Source: Camelus ferus (Eukaryota). From it: DNA of 64,000 bases. Shown piece by piece: positions 26,936-38,683 of the stretch (position 1 is its first letter; each line of letters begins with the position of its first letter). The stretch is taken from assembly GCF_009834535.1 (NCBI RefSeq), contig NC_045697.1, positions 70,558,001 to 70,622,000 on the forward strand. Reading direction: 5' to 3'. The notes beneath the pieces are model-generated. The model saw only the letters and a list, made by a program, of their open reading frames with translations, did no database searches and was not told the origin of the DNA. The translations under genes were made by a program, and so were the position numbers.

Positions 26936-27800
26936 ATTGAACTAGTCTGGTTCTCTAGAGAAACAGAAAAAATTATGTATATATACATATATAAAATTAT
27001 TTATATATATATATATACATATAAAAATTATTTTTATATATACATGTATTTTTAACTCAAAGGAGTTGCCTTATGCAGCTATGGAGGTGGAGAAGTAAGT
27101 CCACGATCTGTAACCAGGAAGCTGGAGACCCGGGAGAACCAATGGTGTAAATTTCAATCTGAGTCTGAATCTAAAGGCAGAAGAGCAGATGGATGTCCCA
27201 GCTCAAAGACTGTCAAGCAGAAAACATTCTTTCTTTATCAGCCTTTTATTCTATTCAGGCCTTCAATGAATACCACCCACACTGGGGACAGTGACCTGCT
27301 TTACTCAGTCTACCAATTCAAATGTTAATCTCACCCAGAAACACCCTCCCAGACACACTCAGAAGTAAAGTTTCTTATGGACTGAATATTTATGTTTCTC
27401 TAAAATTCATACGTTGAAATCCTAGACCTCAAGGTAAGAGCAGTAGGAAGTGGCTGGGGGAGGGGGCTCTTTGAAAGGTGATTAGGTCATGAGGATGGAG
27501 CCCTTATGGATGGGTTTAGTGCCCTTATTAAAGAGACCTAGAAAGATCCTTTGTTTCTTTCACCATGTGAGGTAACAGCAAAAAGACAGCTTTCTAGGGC
27601 ATGGCCCACAACAGACACTGAATCTGTCTTGCCCTTGAACTTCCAGCCTCCAGAATTGTGAGAAATACATTTCTGTTGTTTGTAAGCCACTCAGTTTATG
27701 CTGTTTTGTTATAACAGCCCCAAAGGACTAAGATAATGTTTAACCAAATATCTGGGCACACCGTGGCCCAGTCAAGTTGTTGCATAAAATTAACCAGCCA
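26936..27800 (-). mobile_element. MLT2-type ERV-L solo LTR, interrupted by MLT1A
   Basis: ggttctctagagaaacagaa plus (TA)n; gctttactcagtctaccaattcaaatgttaatctc; ends atgtttaaccaaatatctgggcac...cccagtcaagttg...cataaaattaacc. Confidence 0.9.
27373..27735 (+). mobile_element. MLT1A-type MaLR solo LTR nested in MLT2
   Basis: ttatggactgaat...gattaggtcatgaggatggagccc...ttccagcctccagaattgtgagaaatacatttctgttgtt...gactaagata; 5-bp TSD aagtt/atgtt. Confidence 0.9.
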
Positions 27801-28374
27801 AGCTAATATGGTTATTTTTATTGTTTTTTCTTTTGTGGAGCAGAAATCTATGCAAATAAATCAACCACATCATCACTGAAATATAGACCACTATAAATGG
27901 CTAATGTGGATAATGTGTATAAAAATTTAAATTTCTTAGGCAAACACACACGTTATCCAGAGATTAATCTGCTTGGCTGACCAAGTAGTTTCAATTACAT
28001 TTTAAGGACATTTCTGCTAATAGATAAACATCTTGTTTAGGCATGAGATAACTTAAGAGTAACAGGTTGATTGAAAAGACAGTAGACTCAAAATAGACCC
28101 ATGTGTAAAAATATTAGGACCTCCCTGAAGTGTCGGAATTTTAAGACATCAATTGGACAGCAGCCTTTTAAAACTGCTAAATTAAGGCAAAGTTCTTGCC
28201 AGACAAAGCACCTTTGCCTGTGAGGGGAATTTGAGAAACGCCACAGATGGTTTCCTAAAAAAGACCCAGTTGAAATTCCTACAACCTGAGAACAAAACTG
28301 CAATTGCGGAACACACCTCCCCTCAGCTGCCACTATGAATGCATCGACCCACAACCCTGCCACCTGGGAAGACC

Positions 28375-28940
28375 TGGGCCTAGTGCCCCGGTCCAGCCCC
28401 TACCTGCCTCTCCAGCTCCGTCTCTGTCCCCTCCCCTTTTCTCTCCTTTACTTACACTGGACTTTTCTTAGTTCCGCCGGTCAGCCGTGCTCATCCTCAC
28501 TTCCATGATTTGATGTGCTCCCTTCCATGGTGAATGCTCTTTCCTCACTCCTGCTTAGCTCTTCCTCATCTTTCTGTCCTAGATTAGGTACCACTTCTCT
28601 GAGGGGACTTCCTTGATCGCCCAGGCAAGATTCAACCTCTCCAAGAGCATACATAGTCCTATCTTCTAGCATCCATCTCGCTCTCTGTTTTTTTTAATGG
28701 AGGCACTGGGGATTGAACCCAGGACCTCCTGCATGCTAAGCACGTGCTCTACCATTGAGCTCTACCCTCACCCCAGCACCCATATCTCTAAATTATTTTT
28801 CTTACTATCGATTTTAGTAACTATACATACTAAGATAATGTAAACTCCTGAAGGGCAGGGCCTGTGATCATTCCATATTCTCTGTTCCTATTACTGCACA
28901 TAGAAGTACTTCATTAAATACTATATTTAATTGAATAGAA
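28375..28940 (+). mobile_element. L2 3' fragment interrupted by a Vic-1 SINE
   Basis: cacttctctgaggggacttccttga...aatgtaaactcctgaagggcaggg...gcacatagaagtacttcattaaata. Confidence 0.7.
28688..28774 (-). mobile_element. Vic-1-like tRNA-Ala-derived SINE (short form)
   Basis: Minus strand ggggtgagggtagagctcaatggtagagcacgtgcttagcatgcaggaggtcctgggttcaatccccagtgcctcca plus A tail; decayed TSD agcatccatctc/agcacccatatc. Confidence 0.9.
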
Positions 28941-28944
28941 GAGG

Positions 28945-29195
28945 CATTGATTGTAAGACACACCAGAATTTCATATATCTGTAGGAAGAAAAACACTTCC
29001 AATTAAACTATGACATGATGCTTTTTTTTATCATTTAGAATTTTTATTCTATATTTAATACAAGACATTATTCAGTCATGTACACAGATTTTTTTTAATC
29101 ATATATCACTTTCGTACATATATGAAAGGAAAAAGTGGAATAAATTGGTTAATACATTTCCTAAACATCTTCACATTCAGAGTCTGACTTCTGAT
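28945..29195. mobile_element. Possible TcMar-Tc2 (Kanga/MER104-like) fragment
   Basis: cattgattgtaagacacacc resembles the Tc2 subterminal motif catcgattgtaagacgcacc. Confidence 0.4.
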
Positions 29196-29197
29196 GA

Positions 29198-29300
29198 TTT
29201 TATTTTTTATTGTGGTAAACTATGTATCACATGAAATATAGCATCTTCACCATTTTTAGGTGTATAGGTCAGTGGCTTTCAGCACATTCCCATTGTTGTG
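29198..29300 (-). mobile_element. L1MB-like extreme 3' end
   Basis: ttttattgtggtaaac...catcttcaccatttttaggtgtataggtcagtggc...cacattcccattgttgtg. Confidence 0.7.
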
Positions 29301-30191
29301 AGATTTATTTTTTGACACTTTCTTTAGGAGTTCTTTTCTCCTCTGCCCACCCCACCCCAACCCGTCTTCCAAGTATCCTCTGTGCCATCAAGAGCATTGG
29401 TGATAGCACTTCTTAAAAAGATGATCCACCATCGTCTCTGAGAATTTCTTGCAAACTTCATACCCGTTCCTCATGTATTTGTATACACATGCCCAGGCAA
29501 TGACAATTCCATCATGACTGCTGCTGGGCCAAAGTGATTTTAAGATGTATCCTCTTTCTAGAGATGTTGAAAGTGAAAAAAGTGAAACAGCAAACATGGT
29601 ATTTGTTAAATAAATACGGGAACCTCTGTAAATATATGTAAGAAGTTCTATACGCATATATATGCATATAGGTAGGTAGCAATGACATTTTGTGCTCAGT
29701 ATGTCTGTGAGAAATGAGGAGGCCACATCTGATTGGGTATAGACAGGCCTTCTTGAGAACTTTAGAGAACTGCACCCTCCCCTTCCTCCTGCTTCCTGTC
29801 TCTGTAGGGCTGGAGGGAGGAGGGGGTTGGGGCTTTCGCTCACATGGAAGAAACTTGGCCACGCCTTTCTCTTGAGCTCTGGCACTTTTTTCCACCAGCC
29901 TCTTGCCTTCTCATTGTAACACCTGACTGAATTTATACCCAGTGACTTAGGATCCTGGTTTTGTGAAGGCTGAAGGACACCATAGATTGTATCTACTCAA
30001 ATACCTTTCTTTTATAGAAGAGGGAAATTGATAACCGTAGAGGTAAGAGGCAACTTGTTCACAGTCACATGTGGACAAATGAAGAGCAGAGAATATTGGG
30101 TAGATACTCCAGTGAAAAGTCATAAGCTAAGCATTTAGGAAGTCTACACTCATGCTACTTACACTTATAATACACGTTGTTTGAAAAAATC

Positions 30192-30569
30192 TGTTATGGG
30201 ATGAATTGGGTCCTCTTAAATTTCATATGTGGAATTCCCCACCCCTAGGGCCCCAGAATGCAAGTGTATTTGGAGATAAGATCTTTAAAGAGGTAATCAT
30301 GGTTAAAATGAGGCTGTTAGGTGGACCCTAATTTAAGCTGGCTGGTTATCTTTATAGGACAGAGATTAGGAAATGCAGAAAGAGACACCAGGGATGCAGG
30401 AAGAAGGCGACCATCTACAAGCCAAAAAGAGAAGCTTCAGAGGAAACTAACCCGACTGACACTTTGATCTCAGACGTCTAGTTTCCAGAACTGTGAGAAA
30501 AGAAATTCCCCTTGTTTAAGCCACCCTGTGTGTGGCATTTTGTTATGGCAACCCTAGCAAGGTAATACA
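30192..30569 (+). mobile_element. MLT1B-type MaLR solo LTR
   Basis: TGttatgggatgaattgggtcc...gtatttggagataag...tttgttatggcaaccctagcaaggtaataCA; TSD aaatc/acatc. Confidence 0.9.
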
Positions 30570-33567
30570 ACATCTTAGTGAGGGAAGAAAAGAGGGGATG
30601 CAGGAAGATAATTGCAAGCGATGGACGGGAAGTGCACTCAAATGTTTTAGTTACTTACAGCAAGACTGGGCTGTTAGATAGTATTGTTCAAGAAGTCCCA
30701 AGAGAAACTAACCCTCCATCAGATCACAATTCTCTCCTTCCCAAGGCACAAGGAAGCCATGCCCCGAAGGCAGGACTACAGCACTGTGGTGAGCGTAGCT
30801 TGGTGTCGAATTCCATTAGAGAACTCTGATTTGCTGGGCTGGGGAACAGAGTGATGCCTTCTCTCCTTACCCTGACGTCACACCAGTTTTAGCCTCCAGT
30901 TGGTTATGCCAGAGGAATGTACACAGAAGAGAAGAAAATGCCAATCTTGGCAGTTTCAGGTTTTTGCATTTCTTCTGGAGTAAATTTGTGCTATTTATAT
31001 TTCCCCATAAAGTCATCAATTTCATCAAAAATTTTAAAAGTATTAGCACAGAATGGTACAGAATTTTTTCTTTTCTAATTTAAAAATGAATTTTCTGTGT
31101 TTATTACAGACTTTTTTTCACTTCTTGTTTTGTCTTTTCCCTCTTTTTTTTTTTCACTACTCTTTATTGCCTCAAAAGTGAATGTTAATTCCTTTATTGT
31201 ATCTCATCCCCTTGGAATCCTCAGACCACCTGTGCTCACACGCTGCCACTGCCTCTTAACCTGTGCTCTTAATGTCAGTTTCTTTGTGTCGTAGAAGTCA
31301 CGCTCTTTTCCTGGCTTATTGGAAAGATTCTCACAGTAAGTCAATTGCAGACTCGTGCTCTTCTGCTGAGTCTTCCTTATCGTGCTCTGTTCTCCTGTCC
31401 TGCAGCTTTTCTTCATAAGCTGCATTTTACTAGCTTGCTGTTTACTCTTACTTGAAAGAAATAGATATATTTATACCTGGTGTTTATAAGCACATACACT
31501 AGGTAGATTGCCTTGATCTCACTGACCATCCACTTGAGCGTTTGTTCAGTCTTCTCATGGGCATGACAAGAGAACAAATTGTTACAGTTTCCATTTCCAT
31601 TTCTGGAATTTGGCAGCCTTTTACTGGATAAACCCTGTTGAGGTTCAATCATGAGACACTCCTCCTCCAGCTCCCCTACCCTGACTTCCTTCTGTTACAA
31701 TTGATGAAAAGAAGAATAGTCAGAATATTCTACTCCTAAGACTCCCTACGCACGTGCTTAAGACCTGTTTCTACTTTCCAGCCTGTTATTTTCTGAGTGT
31801 TGCCGTCTCTACATAGAGAATGGAGAGGTATTATAGAAAGAGAGCTAAGATGTCAAGGGAGAAGCGTGTGAGAATATTATCTTACTCACCTCAAAAAATA
31901 GAATCCACGCAGCAGCAGGATTCATGCTCAATGTTTTAGTTAGTTCATATCCTCTTTCTGAGTGGGGCAAACAGTAAAGAAAGAAGGAGATATTTTTCTT
32001 TCTATCATCTTGCTTTTCAGAAAAACAGGTTTGCTCTCTTTTCAGAAGCAAAGTGTTTGGCGGGGAGGGGCACTTTTCTAGTCACATTTCATTATTTTAA
32101 TTTTAGCTTTAGGCAAATGTATGAGTTTTCATCTTTTTCTCTGACCTCTAAGTGGGCAGCAACTATGTCTTGCCATTTTACTTCGACATATTCACAGTGT
32201 CTGGAATATCTTAGGTTCCCCCCAAAAAATTCATTTAATAAATGGAAGCATGTCACCATTGTTGTATTACTGGGGTATTAGGAAAAACTGTACCAAGGAC
32301 AATTAGCTGGAAGAAGTTTTAAGCTAGACTTTCCTATTAAGATGGATTTCATTAAAAATATCAGGGCCAGTTTTATTTCCTTCCCACCTAGTAATATGAC
32401 AGTAACTCTTACATAGGCTAATGACTTGATCTGGAAACTTTGATATGCAAGAAATTGTATTAAGATCAATCATTCATTCCACATACATGCATTGAATGCC
32501 TTTTTAGGGTGGCTCTATGCCCAGTTATAATTCTTTCTATAGAGGAAGAATGAGAAATGAGGATTTGGAAGTGCCCATATAAATGTGAAAAGTACAGGTT
32601 AAATATATATATTTTTATATCAAAATACTGCAATGTGTTGTGAGATATAATAAAGTTATATAAAATGTACAGTGAGACACGGAGTGACATTTGAGTTATG
32701 TTGTGGGTCTTCAGAGAAAACTGTAAAAGCTAAGAGGTATGGAGGATGGAGATCTAAGAAGAAGAGCATTTCTGGGGAAGGTAAGTAATACTCAGAGTCT
32801 GGAATAGTCAGGAATTTGCATGGAGTTAATTGTGATTGAAATAAGAGGATGGATAATAACTGGAAAGGTTTGAAAATAGTTACCTATGGATCATGGAGGA
32901 TAACTTCCCTAGAATTCATGGATGGGACTAGTTTCAGAAGGGTGGTAGATCATAAACCAGTATGCCAATGACTGGGGAAGATTTTTTTGGTTTTTCTAAT
33001 TATGTATCTGCCCTGACAAGCGTCAGATTCAATGCAGATAACGTAGTTGAACACATGATCCATAAATGGGTCAATGCCTCCAGAAAGCACTGTAGTGTAA
33101 GACCAAGAGAATGTTAAGCCCCAGTTGCTTCACAGGTGGTTCCTATTTACAGTTTTGCAATATGATGAATGGTTGGTAAAATGGAAAATAATTTTATTTC
33201 TAACTGTTTTCTTAATAGTTATCTCACTGTTGATACCAAACAGAAATATCTGCTGGGTTCAGGTTCAAGCTATTAGATTTAAAAACCTAGTTATAATCTT
33301 TTATTGAGGAGAAAACTGGACAGGGGGAATATCTAGTAAAGCAACTGATTTATAATTAACATAGTTTTCCTTTATAAAGATGATACAGATAATACTTTAT
33401 TTTGAAGAATTAATTGTAGGGTTTGATAAACATTTGATTCCATTACTAATGACTAGTTCTGAACTATTTGATATTTTAAAGTATTGCTCTGTCTCCCTGC
33501 TTCCCCTTTTAGTTTTGGGTATTAGGGTTACTACATCCCAGGATTGGGATCCCTAGACTCCTTGGAC

Positions 33568-33822
33568 CTATGCTGTCCAATAAGGTAGCCATTAAATCGA
33601 GTAGCTATTGAACATTTGAAATGTGGCAAGTCTGAAATGAGGTGGGCTGTAAGTGTAACATGCACATCTGATTTCAAAGACTTAGTTTAAAAAATATATC
33701 TTTTTTCATAATTAAAAAAGGTTGAAATAATTAATTTCATCTGTTTCTAATTTTTGATGTGGCTACCTGAAAATTTTAAATCACATATATGGCTCACATT
33801 ATATTTTTATTGAATAGCATTG
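33568..33822. mobile_element. MER33-like hAT-Charlie element
   Basis: TIRs ctatgctgtccaata / tattgaatagcattg; 8-bp TSD ccttggac/ctttagac. Confidence 0.85.
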
Positions 33823-35259
33823 CTTTAGACTACAGAAAAATTGCCATAGGATTGTATAGTGATATAATTTGCTTAGATGTCAGTAGATATGTGAGTTTTA
33901 ATAATTCTGTTAGCCCAAAACATTCTGATAATAAATGTCTCTAAATATGTACCTACTAATTTTTTTCTCACAAAGGTTAGGTGTTGATAAGATAATTTGC
34001 TCTTAAGTCTTTGGCTGAATGACTTCTTGCTGATATAATGATAATTTGGGGTAATCCAGCAGTCACAATTATATTCCAGGCAAGATCATTAGGCTAACTG
34101 ATCTTTCAAGTTTAGGGAAAGATAAATTTCAACTTCTCTGATGGAAATGGCTTTGAACTAGAAGTCAGAAGGCCTGGGTTAGAGCCAAAGTTTTCTTGGC
34201 CACTTATAAACTGTCTGCATGTTCTCCAGTAATAAATTATTTTGCTGGGAGCCAACATTGTGTTTCCAGATATATGTAAGAAGGGAAAAAAATTGATCAT
34301 AGCCACCCAACATATCCACAAGATTATTGTGGCAAATTTATGTATAAGATGATAATTACAAGGTGCACTTAAGTCATCATGGCTTGCATGTTCGTGGGAA
34401 GTTTTGCCTGTATGAAACTTTGCAATGATTTTTAGAGAATAATGGAAACCTGTCCCCCGATGCCCATCACTGGATAGTACAGACTGTAATTGGTTATCAC
34501 TGGTGTCCATCACCTTGGGAAAAAAGAAGCTGGCAGGTTACCTCAAAGGACAGATCTAGTGATCTGTTGATCTTGATCCTGAATGAATCAATTAGTTAAA
34601 ATCCACCCCTTTTAAGATGGGGGCAGAGTGTGAGTTACAGAAAATCTCAGGCTTTTGAAACAATTAAGGAGAGAGAATCAAGTGGCTGAAATTTGAGAGT
34701 CCAGTGTGGGTAAGAGTTGGTTATTAATTAATTCTGAGTTGAGTAGCAAATAAAAGGATCTTTTCTGGGTGTCTTTAGACTGATGTTTATATCTTAGGGG
34801 TGTGAATCTTTTACTGTTTTAGTAATTGGGCTCAGCAAGAAGGAAGTCTTTCTTGATCTTTGGCCAAAACTATCCCATGAAATAGACCAAGAGAAGGAAG
34901 TATCATCTTGTGTCATTAATTGCCACTCAAAGGAGCTATTCTATAAGCATCAAAGTCACATCTATTCTTTTGGAAACATGTTTGTCTATGTGTTTTTCAT
35001 TTCTTTCTTCATTAAAAGTAATTTAAAAAGCAAAATAAGAAAGATTTTCTGCTGTATCATCCTTTAACTCTTTCTTGCCTCTATAATATTTTACTTGGTT
35101 GAAATACATTTAGAATTTCTGCAGTGCCTACAGAAAAAAGGGGCAACCCTTTTCAGGATGTGGCTTCTATTTATGCTCCAACCTTGTATACATAATTATC
35201 TGTCTGTATTAGCCCTCTGCTAATTTCATTTTGTTTTGATTTAAATTTATAGTTTTTCA

Positions 35260-35430
35260 TGCTTGGTTTATATGCCAGGCATTGTGCTAAATGATTTGCA
35301 TGCGTTATTTTACATAATCTTCTCAAAACCGTAACATTTCCATCTTAGATTTGAGAGGATTACTGACGGAACCTAGACTTAGGCTCAAATCTAACTCAGA
35401 GCTCATGATTTATTCCACGCCTGTGCTCTG
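35260..35430 (-). mobile_element. MIR fragment
   Basis: tatatgccaggcattgtgctaaatgatttgcatgcgttattttacataatcttctcaaaacc. Confidence 0.65.
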
Positions 35431-37263
35431 TGCCCAACATAAGGAGCTTGGAGAACAAGTAATGTCACATAACATTTAGTTTTGCATTAAATTCCTTCAC
35501 CTCGTTAGCCCATATCAGCAATAAGTCAAAAAGAGCCTTCCCCTTTACGCTATACATCTTATTTTCTTTACTTATAAGCTCCTAGAGGGAATGATCCCCT
35601 ACGATGTTTGTTGGTAACTATTGTGCCTAAAAGAATACCTTGGACTAATAGGTGGTAATAAAATTTTATTGATGATGTTAAGTATGAGCATTTGGTATTA
35701 ATAGGTGATTTCAGTTTCTGTTCCCTTCCCACATATGTTTCTTAAAACTTCAACTTTTGAAAGCGTCCCACGTTCCTCTATCCAGGCAGTTTGACTTCAT
35801 TTCCGTGCTTCACACTCTGAATCTCCACAGGGTGGGACCCTCAGCTAGCAGAATCTTAGAGGAACTATTCTTCTTTTGAAATAAAAATACATGCCAATCC
35901 CAGGGAGTGGGTTGTATCCCAATAAAAGGGCAGAGCTGACACTGGGCACATCTGTTTAGGAAACAAAGTGAAGTTCAATGCTTTTCTGAACTGTAGCTCT
36001 TAGATAATAGAGGCGTTAATTAAAACCCGCCCCTTGTAGCTCACACACAGCAAACAGTGGTACTGCACTCAGCCAACAAGAGGGTTTTACCGCAAAGCCA
36101 GAGATGATCTCATCTGTGCCTCTTCCAATCTATCAACTCATCTAAGCTCTTTGAGATAATTAAGTGGCATTGCAAGGGGAACAGCAATGGAGTGGCTGAC
36201 AGTGTTTTTTAAATGCCTTCATTTGCTTTAGTTTTAGTTCCAAGCAAAATGCTGTAAATCCTGCACTGTATTTATATTTATAATTTAAATGCACACAGCA
36301 TTATTATACCTTACTGTACCACCAGCAGGAGAAGCCCTCTGATAATATATGGCCAGAACACTGAAGAAACTCTGTCCTTTATTAGAGCACGTGCACACAC
36401 CACACCCACATGCACGTGCACAAACACACACACACAGGCTTGGTTTATATTTGTGAGCAAGGGAGTACACAGATACCACAGACACCTGATACTAGAGTAG
36501 GCTGTTCAAGACCTAACCCTAAATTTGAGTCTACAGGTCAGATTTTATACCTTAAAACTTTGCGAGCATCACCTTGTTCTAGGTGTGCTTAAATTTAAGG
36601 TGACCCAGGCTTACCTTTGGCCAACAAAATAAACGTGTTCCAGAAATCGAACAAATCCATATTTTAAAAACCTATGTTCTCTCAAATTACTCATCCTTAT
36701 TGTCTTTCTCCTCATTATCAAAACACACTCCTGAACACCAGTGATATTGAAAATATCTGATCATAAGTGTGGCATGGGACATGGATTTATAAGAACAGAT
36801 GGCTTCACTTTTGCCAGGCTTTAACCCCTTAGGTGCTGAATCCTAGAGAGAGAGCCGCAGTCTCAGGGAAGGGATCAGGAGGGCTGCGACGGAGGCACTT
36901 GGGGAAGAAATGGGCTCAAGACAGCAGCTATTTATCAAGGGTATGGAAGCATTGCGGTATTTTCACAGCTTATCACACTAATGTTAACGTGGCTAAAAGC
37001 TCATTTATGTTAATAGATGGTACCTAGAATCATGATGCTTAGAAATATAGAAGGTTCTAACCTAGCGGTAGAACAGAAGGCTTTAGAAATTCTCCCAGCT
37101 GTTGGAAAGAGATTTCAGGCTTGCTAATTAATCTTGAATGTAGGTATGAGTAGTTTTAACCCTTGTTGTCACTGAGAAAATCAAGAAGGGAAAAGGTTGA
37201 TATTTCTTGTGTCTCCAGTACATCACAATCTCATTTAATTTTCTCAGTATCCTTCTAGGAAAG

Positions 37264-37653
37264 TGTATTAGTTTGCTAGGGTTATCATAACAAAGACCCA
37301 CAGACAGTGGTTTAAACAACAAATTTATTTCTTCACAGTTCTGGAGGCAAGAAATCCAAGGTCAAGGTGTTAGCAGGTCTGGTTCCATTCTGAGGTCTCT
37401 CTCCTTAGCTTGTAGCTGGCTGTCTTCTTCCTGTGTCTTCACACGGTCTTCCCTCTTTGTGTGTGTGTGTGTGTCCCCCAACCTCATCTTACAAGGATAC
37501 CAGTCATCTTGGACTAGGGTCTCCCCTAATGACCCCGTCTAACTTTAATTATTGCTTTAAAGACCCTGTTCCCAAATGCAGTCACACTGAGGTACTGAGG
37601 GTTAGGACTTCAACATATGAATTTGGGGGAGGGGCCCAATTCAGTCCATAAGA
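37264..37653 (-). mobile_element. MLT1B-type MaLR solo LTR
   Basis: tgtattagtttgctaggg...cacagttctggaggc...gttaggacttcaacatatgaattt...attcagtccataaga; TSD gaaag/ggaag. Confidence 0.9.
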
Positions 37654-38119
37654 GGAAGTTAGTAATATAGACCTTCTTTTTGACCAAAGTTTATAAAAAT
37701 ATTTTAAAAGGTCAATTTTATTAAGGTGTATTTCACATATAAAAGTATACCCATTTTAAGTCTACAGCTTGAGTTTTGCAAATATGTACATCCATGTAAC
37801 CAACACCATAATCAAACTACAGAAGTTTCTATCATCTCAACAAATTCCCTCTTTCTTGGCATTTCCCCTACCTTCCTGGCTCCAGACAGCCATTGATCTG
37901 ATTTCTTTTCTAGTGTTTCATATAAAAGGAGTCATAAGGTATGCATTCCACTATGTCTGGCTTCTTTTCTGTAGCATAATGCATAATGTTTTGAGATTCA
38001 TTTTGTTGGGTATATTAGTAATTTGTTTCATTTTATTTCTGAGTGGTATCCCATTGTGTGACTATACCACAATTTGTTTATTGTTTACAGCTTTTGGGTA
38101 TTATGGATAAAGCTAATAT

Positions 38120-38210
38120 ATATATATATTTAAGTGGAGGTACTGGGGATTGAACTCAGGACCTCGTGCATGCTAAGCATGCACTCTACCACTGAGCTAT
38201 TTCCCTCCTC
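38120..38210 (-). mobile_element. Vic-1-like SINE with (TA)n tail
   Basis: tggaggtactggggattgaactcaggacctcgtgcatgctaagcatgcactctaccactgagctat. Confidence 0.9.
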
Positions 38211-38542
38211 TCCTATTTTAAAGATTTTAGTTTTTTTTTTTAAAGAATAAAGCTAACATGAACATTTATTTATAGGTCTTTGTATGGCCAGGACATGTTT
38301 TCATTTCTTTTGGGTAAATAAAAAAAAAAAATTGCTGTGTCATATGAGAAGTATACAGTTAGCTTTTTAAACTTTCTTTCAAGAAGAACTGCTAAATTGT
38401 TTCCCAAATTGTTGAATGATTTTACATTCCCACAATGTATGAGAGTTCTAGTTCCTCCATATTTCCGACAACACTTGGTATTATTGGCCTTTATAATTTT
38501 AGCTACTCCTGTGGACACGTAGTGGTAGCTCTTCATGGTTTT

Positions 38543-38683
38543 ATTCATTTATTTATTTATTATTTTATTTTGGCGGGGGGGGTAATTAAGTTTTTTTTTT
38601 TTAAGAGGAGGTGCTGGGGATTGAACCCAGGACCTTGTGTATGCTAAGCATGTGCTCTACCACTTGAGCTATATACCCTCCCC
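38543..38683 (-). mobile_element. Vic-1-like SINE (long-tail form)
   Basis: tRNA-Ala-like body plus ggggggtaattaag and (TTTA)n tail; TSD tagctcttcatggtttt (38526-38542) / tagctctttgtgctttt (38685-38701). Confidence 0.9.

Noticed and set aside
38135..38210. Apparent tRNA-Ala(AGC) gene (also at 28698, 38606 and 41655)
   Set aside because: Extra 5' G-rich leader, A/AT-rich tails, TSDs, stem mismatches and insertion inside older repeats mark these as SINE copies.
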